From Candidatus Eiseniibacteriota bacterium (GTDB lineage Bacteria > Joyebacterota > Joyebacteria > Joyebacterales > Joyebacteraceae), in NCBI GenBank assembly GCA_030595835.1, contig JAUVLG010000005.1:1-57336 (forward strand): a stretch of 57,336 nt of DNA, given 5' to 3'. The position numbers were made by a program, and so were the translations under genes. The notes under the pieces are model-generated. The model was not told the origin of the DNA. It saw only the letters and a program-made list of their open reading frames with translations, and searched no databases. Positions 54,595 to 57,336 of the stretch are shown in pieces (positions within the stretch are counted from its first letter, which is position 1; every line of letters begins with the position of its first letter).

Positions 54595-56466
54595 CTACCT
54601 CTTCTTGCGACGTCGTTGTCCGCGGCGCTTGCTGTTCGACGACTGCGACGACCGGCCGGTCTTATCGACGGCCTTGGTCGCCTCAAACGCGGGCGGCGCG
54701 GTGACGGAGGTAGGCGTGCTTTCAGGAACACCTTCCAGGGCAGCGGCATCGGGTGGTGACACGGCCACGGCGGCCGAGGGGCCGCGGTGGATATAGTACT
54801 GCTGTCCGATGCTCAGGATGGTGTTCACCAGCCAGTAGATCACGAGGCCCGATGCGAAGTTGTAGAATAGCACCGTGAAGAGGATGGGCATCATCTTCGC
54901 GACGCCGGCCTGGCTGGGATCCGATGTCGTGAACTTCTGCTGCATGAGCATTCCGAGGCCCATGAGCAGAGGGAGCACGTGAATCGGGAATCCAGCTATT
55001 GCTGCGATCGTGTCCGGCTGTGAGAGATCGGTCATCCACAACATGAACGGTGCGCCGCGGAGCTCTATCGTTGTTCTGAGCACCTGGAAGAGCGCGATGA
55101 AGACGGGCATCTGCAAGATCATGGGCAGGCAACTGCCCAGAGGATTCACTCCTTCCTTCTTGTACAGCTCCATCTGTGCCTTCGCCAGTTCTTCCTTCTT
55201 GTCCTTGTACTGCTCCTTGAGGGCGTTGAGTTTCGGCTGAACGTCCTGCATGCGCTTCATCTCAGTGAAGCTCTTGTGCGTCAGCCTGTAGAAGAGGAGC
55301 TTGGTCACGACAGAGATGAGGATGATGACGATGCCGTAGTTGGGTATGTACTTGCGCGCCCAGACCAGCGCCTTGAGGAGCAGAACCGACAGCGGTCTCG
55401 TCACGCTCCACCCCATGTCGATCGCCCGCTCGAGGCCCACGCCTATCGCTGATATCTCGCCGTAGTCCTGCGGCCCGGCAAACACCATGAACCTTATCGA
55501 CGCACCATCGCCCTCGATTGGTACGGCGACCTTGAACCCAACGCTCCGCCCTTCGGTGTCCCCTGTCGTCCGCACCTCGCTGCACGTGACGCCATCCGGC
55601 GCGAGCGCTGCCATGAAGTAGCGCGACTGCGTCGTCACCCACTCGATGGCACCCACACGCGGGAACTCAATGCGCTCCTTGAATCGACCGAGGCCGTCCT
55701 TCGCGATGCCCCCGTCGATCCGCATGACGGACGCCGGGGCCTTGCCGTCCTCCTTCGCCTCCGTCGGCCTCACGCCCGGCCATCCGATCCAAAGGGAACG
55801 TCTTCCGGATGGCTCCCACAGACCCGACACGTCCACGCGCGTCTCGAACCCGAAGCTGTCCGCGTAGAAGGTGTGCTCACGTATGACCGTGATGCCGTCC
55901 GGGCCGACCGCGGAGTAACGCACCACCGCCGTCTCACGTCCATCCGTCAGGTCTATATAGGAGGGGCTCTTCGACTCGAATACCCAGTCGTCCAGCTGCA
56001 GGGTGTTCGGGCCGTAGTCCAGGCTGAGCGCGAGCGCCCGAGCACTGTCCGGTACCAGCGAGACAAGCGCCCGCGCATCGTCCTCGGGGTCGAGTCGCAG
56101 CCTGTAGTCCTTCAACTCCCACGACGTAACTGAACCACCGCGACTCGAGAGCGTGGCCGTCCACAGCGGGGCATCAACTGTGATGGTCGTCTCTGGAATC
56201 GTCTCGTCCACCGAATCGAGCGTGACCGCCATGTCCTCCGCGTGGCCCGCGTCGGCGGCATCCTTACCCGGGGTAGTGGAGCTGCGCGCCCCCTCGTCCC
56301 CGGCGGGGGTTGCATCTTCCATCTGCGACGCGACTGGCTCGCCGACTGCTTCCATCCCCGCCTGTTCCGCCGCCCTCTTCTGCCGCTGCTGGTTCTGCCA
56401 GTAGTTGAAGCCGAACAGCACGACGAAGATAAGAACGACGGCTACAATGGCGCGCTTCTCACCCAT
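54595..56466 (-). CDS. yidC: Membrane protein insertase YidC
   Basis: N-terminal TM, periplasmic domain (SSRGG, FAGP), NYGIVII, M...QP, NPLGSCLPMILQMPVF, W..DLS.PD, SGLVIYW..N; basic C-terminal tail. Confidence 0.96.
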   Translation of the reverse strand: MGEKRAIVAVVLIFVVLFGFNYWQNQQRQKRAAEQAGMEAVGEPVASQMEDATPAGDEGARSSTTPGKDAADAGHAEDMAVTLDSVDETIPETTITVDAPLWTATLSSRGGSVTSWELKDYRLRLDPEDDARALVSLVPDSARALALSLDYGPNTLQLDDWVFESKSPSYIDLTDGRETAVVRYSAVGPDGITVIREHTFYADSFGFETRVDVSGLWEPSGRRSLWIGWPGVRPTEAKEDGKAPASVMRIDGGIAKDGLGRFKERIEFPRVGAIEWVTTQSRYFMAALAPDGVTCSEVRTTGDTEGRSVGFKVAVPIEGDGASIRFMVFAGPQDYGEISAIGVGLERAIDMGWSVTRPLSVLLLKALVWARKYIPNYGIVIILISVVTKLLFYRLTHKSFTEMKRMQDVQPKLNALKEQYKDKKEELAKAQMELYKKEGVNPLGSCLPMILQMPVFIALFQVLRTTIELRGAPFMLWMTDLSQPDTIAAIAGFPIHVLPLLMGLGMLMQQKFTTSDPSQAGVAKMMPILFTVLFYNFASGLVIYWLVNTILSIGQQYYIHRGPSAAVAVSPPDAAALEGVPESTPTSVTAPPAFEATKAVDKTGRSSQSSNSKRRGQRRRKKR

Positions 56467-56527
56467 TCACGCCTCCTCAAGGGGCCTGTCCATGGTCCCG
56501 GTAGTTCGTGGCCCAGCGGGGCACACC

Positions 56528-56779
56528 CTATTCCGGGACGCGATCTTCTCCCCCCTTAGACCAGGGGTTACAACGCAGGAGCCTGGCCACGGACAGCCAG
56601 ACACCACGCACCAAGCCGTGTCGCGTGAGAGCTTGTACGGCGTACTCGGAACAGGAGGGAACATAACGACAGCTGGCGGGAATCAACGGGGACACCAGCC
56701 TCTGGTATGCTCGCACGAGCACAACCAGCATGCTGGTCATCACCAGGGGTCTCCTGGAAGACGCCATCAGGATCGCCAT
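56528..56779 (-). CDS. yidD: Membrane protein insertion efficiency factor YidD
   Basis: YQRLVSP...CRYVPSCSEY...A..RHG...G......RLLRCNPW..GG.D.VP. Confidence 0.93.
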   Translation of the reverse strand: MAILMASSRRPLVMTSMLVVLVRAYQRLVSPLIPASCRYVPSCSEYAVQALTRHGLVRGVWLSVARLLRCNPWSKGGEDRVPE

Positions 56780-56824
56780 CTTCTTTGATAGTGGGCCGCC
56801 GTTTAGGCCGGTCCTTTTCCCTCG

Positions 56825-57175
56825 TCAGCTGTCGTGGTCGGATATGCGGCGGAGCTCTGCGTGAAGTGTTCGCCTGATGTCTGAGTACCGCGCGGTGGCC
56901 GCTCTGTGTGATGCTACGAAGACAAGGGTCTCAATTCCAGACAGATCCGCACTGCTCGTTCGGAGCGCCTCTCGAAGGACCCTCTTCGCGCGATTTCTCT
57001 TGACCGCTCCTCCGACCCTCTTTCCCGCCAGGAAGGCCACACCCGGCGGTCCCTCCCCCACTCGGTAGCACACTCTGCAATACGAGGTCCGCGCCACCGC
57101 TCCCGCTCTCAACGTACGCTCCAGCGTCTCACGCCGTCTGATCTTCGCGTATCTGCTCAGCCTCTCGGACGGCAC
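56825..57175 (-). CDS. rnpA: Ribonuclease P protein component
   Basis: KRVGGAVKRNRAKRVLRE (RNR motif); between rpmH and yidD. Confidence 0.9.
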   Translation of the reverse strand: MPSERLSRYAKIRRRETLERTLRAGAVARTSYCRVCYRVGEGPPGVAFLAGKRVGGAVKRNRAKRVLREALRTSSADLSGIETLVFVASHRAATARYSDIRRTLHAELRRISDHDS

Positions 57176-57183
57176 TCGACCAC

Positions 57184-57321
57184 CTACCGCGTCGTCAGAC
57201 GCTTCCTGCCCTTCGCCCGCCGCCGCGCCAGGACCCTCCGTCCACCAGGAGTGGAGCTGCGACTCAAGAATCCGTGCTTCCTCTTGCCTCTGCGCTTCTT
57301 CGGCTGATACGTTCGCTTCAT
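57184..57321 (-). CDS. rpmH: 50S ribosomal protein L34 (not in ORF track, 45 aa)
   Basis: Translated by hand: [45 protein letters not shown]; GAGGA RBS. Confidence 0.95.
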   Translation of the reverse strand: MKRTYQPKKRRGKRKHGFLSRSSTPGGRRVLARRRAKGRKRLTTR

Positions 57322-57336
57322 GTTGTCCTCGATGTA

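Noticed and set aside
5340-54796. Many long + strand ORFs (e.g. 5340..6665, 7376..8785, 16567..18204, 18259..19782, 34771..36051, 45628..47208, 51968..53221)
   Set aside because: They lie antisense to well-recognised genes, have R/P/V/L-skewed composition and no motifs; typical shadow ORFs of high-GC DNA.

Overview
High-GC chromosomal segment of a diderm bacterium, lying next to the probable replication origin. The right end carries the origin-proximal string rpmH-rnpA-yidD-yidC-jag-mnmE-mnmG-rsmG-parA-parB, with two parS palindromes and several DnaA boxes, followed by a bactofilin. Next come a complete 9-gene Na+-signature V/A-type ATPase operon (G-I-K-E-C-F-A-B-D) and a mixed accessory zone (~24.8-38 kb). 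That zone holds an M28 peptidase with a T9SS-like FlgD-Ig tail, a DUF364-like plus SbnH/BtrK-type PLP decarboxylase pair, two lipoproteins, a REC-GGDEF-REC cyclase, an OmpA with TSP3 repeats, a cupin, a small beta-barrel and a trpB2 3' remnant. A long minus-strand run follows: moxR-DUF58-vWA-mfd-3x parvulin/SurA-S4-pdxA-holB-ricT-metG-tatD/rSAM-ksgA. It ends in an uncharacterised outer-membrane beta-barrel plus two paralogous lipoproteins with a C-terminal (S/T)(W/Y)GxL(K/R)xx(F/Y)R motif. The FlgD-Ig tail and this motif suggest an FCB-affiliated candidate phylum such as Eisenbacteria, Krumholzibacteriota or Latescibacterota (inference only). No rRNA, tRNA, CRISPR array, integrase or transposase was seen. 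Best novelty candidates: the barrel plus twin-lipoprotein module, the DUF364/decarboxylase operon with TTG/CTG starts, a putative sigma-54 envelope regulon, and a DnaA-box/parS hub on the parAB promoter. All calls are by-eye motif recognition; no searches were run.
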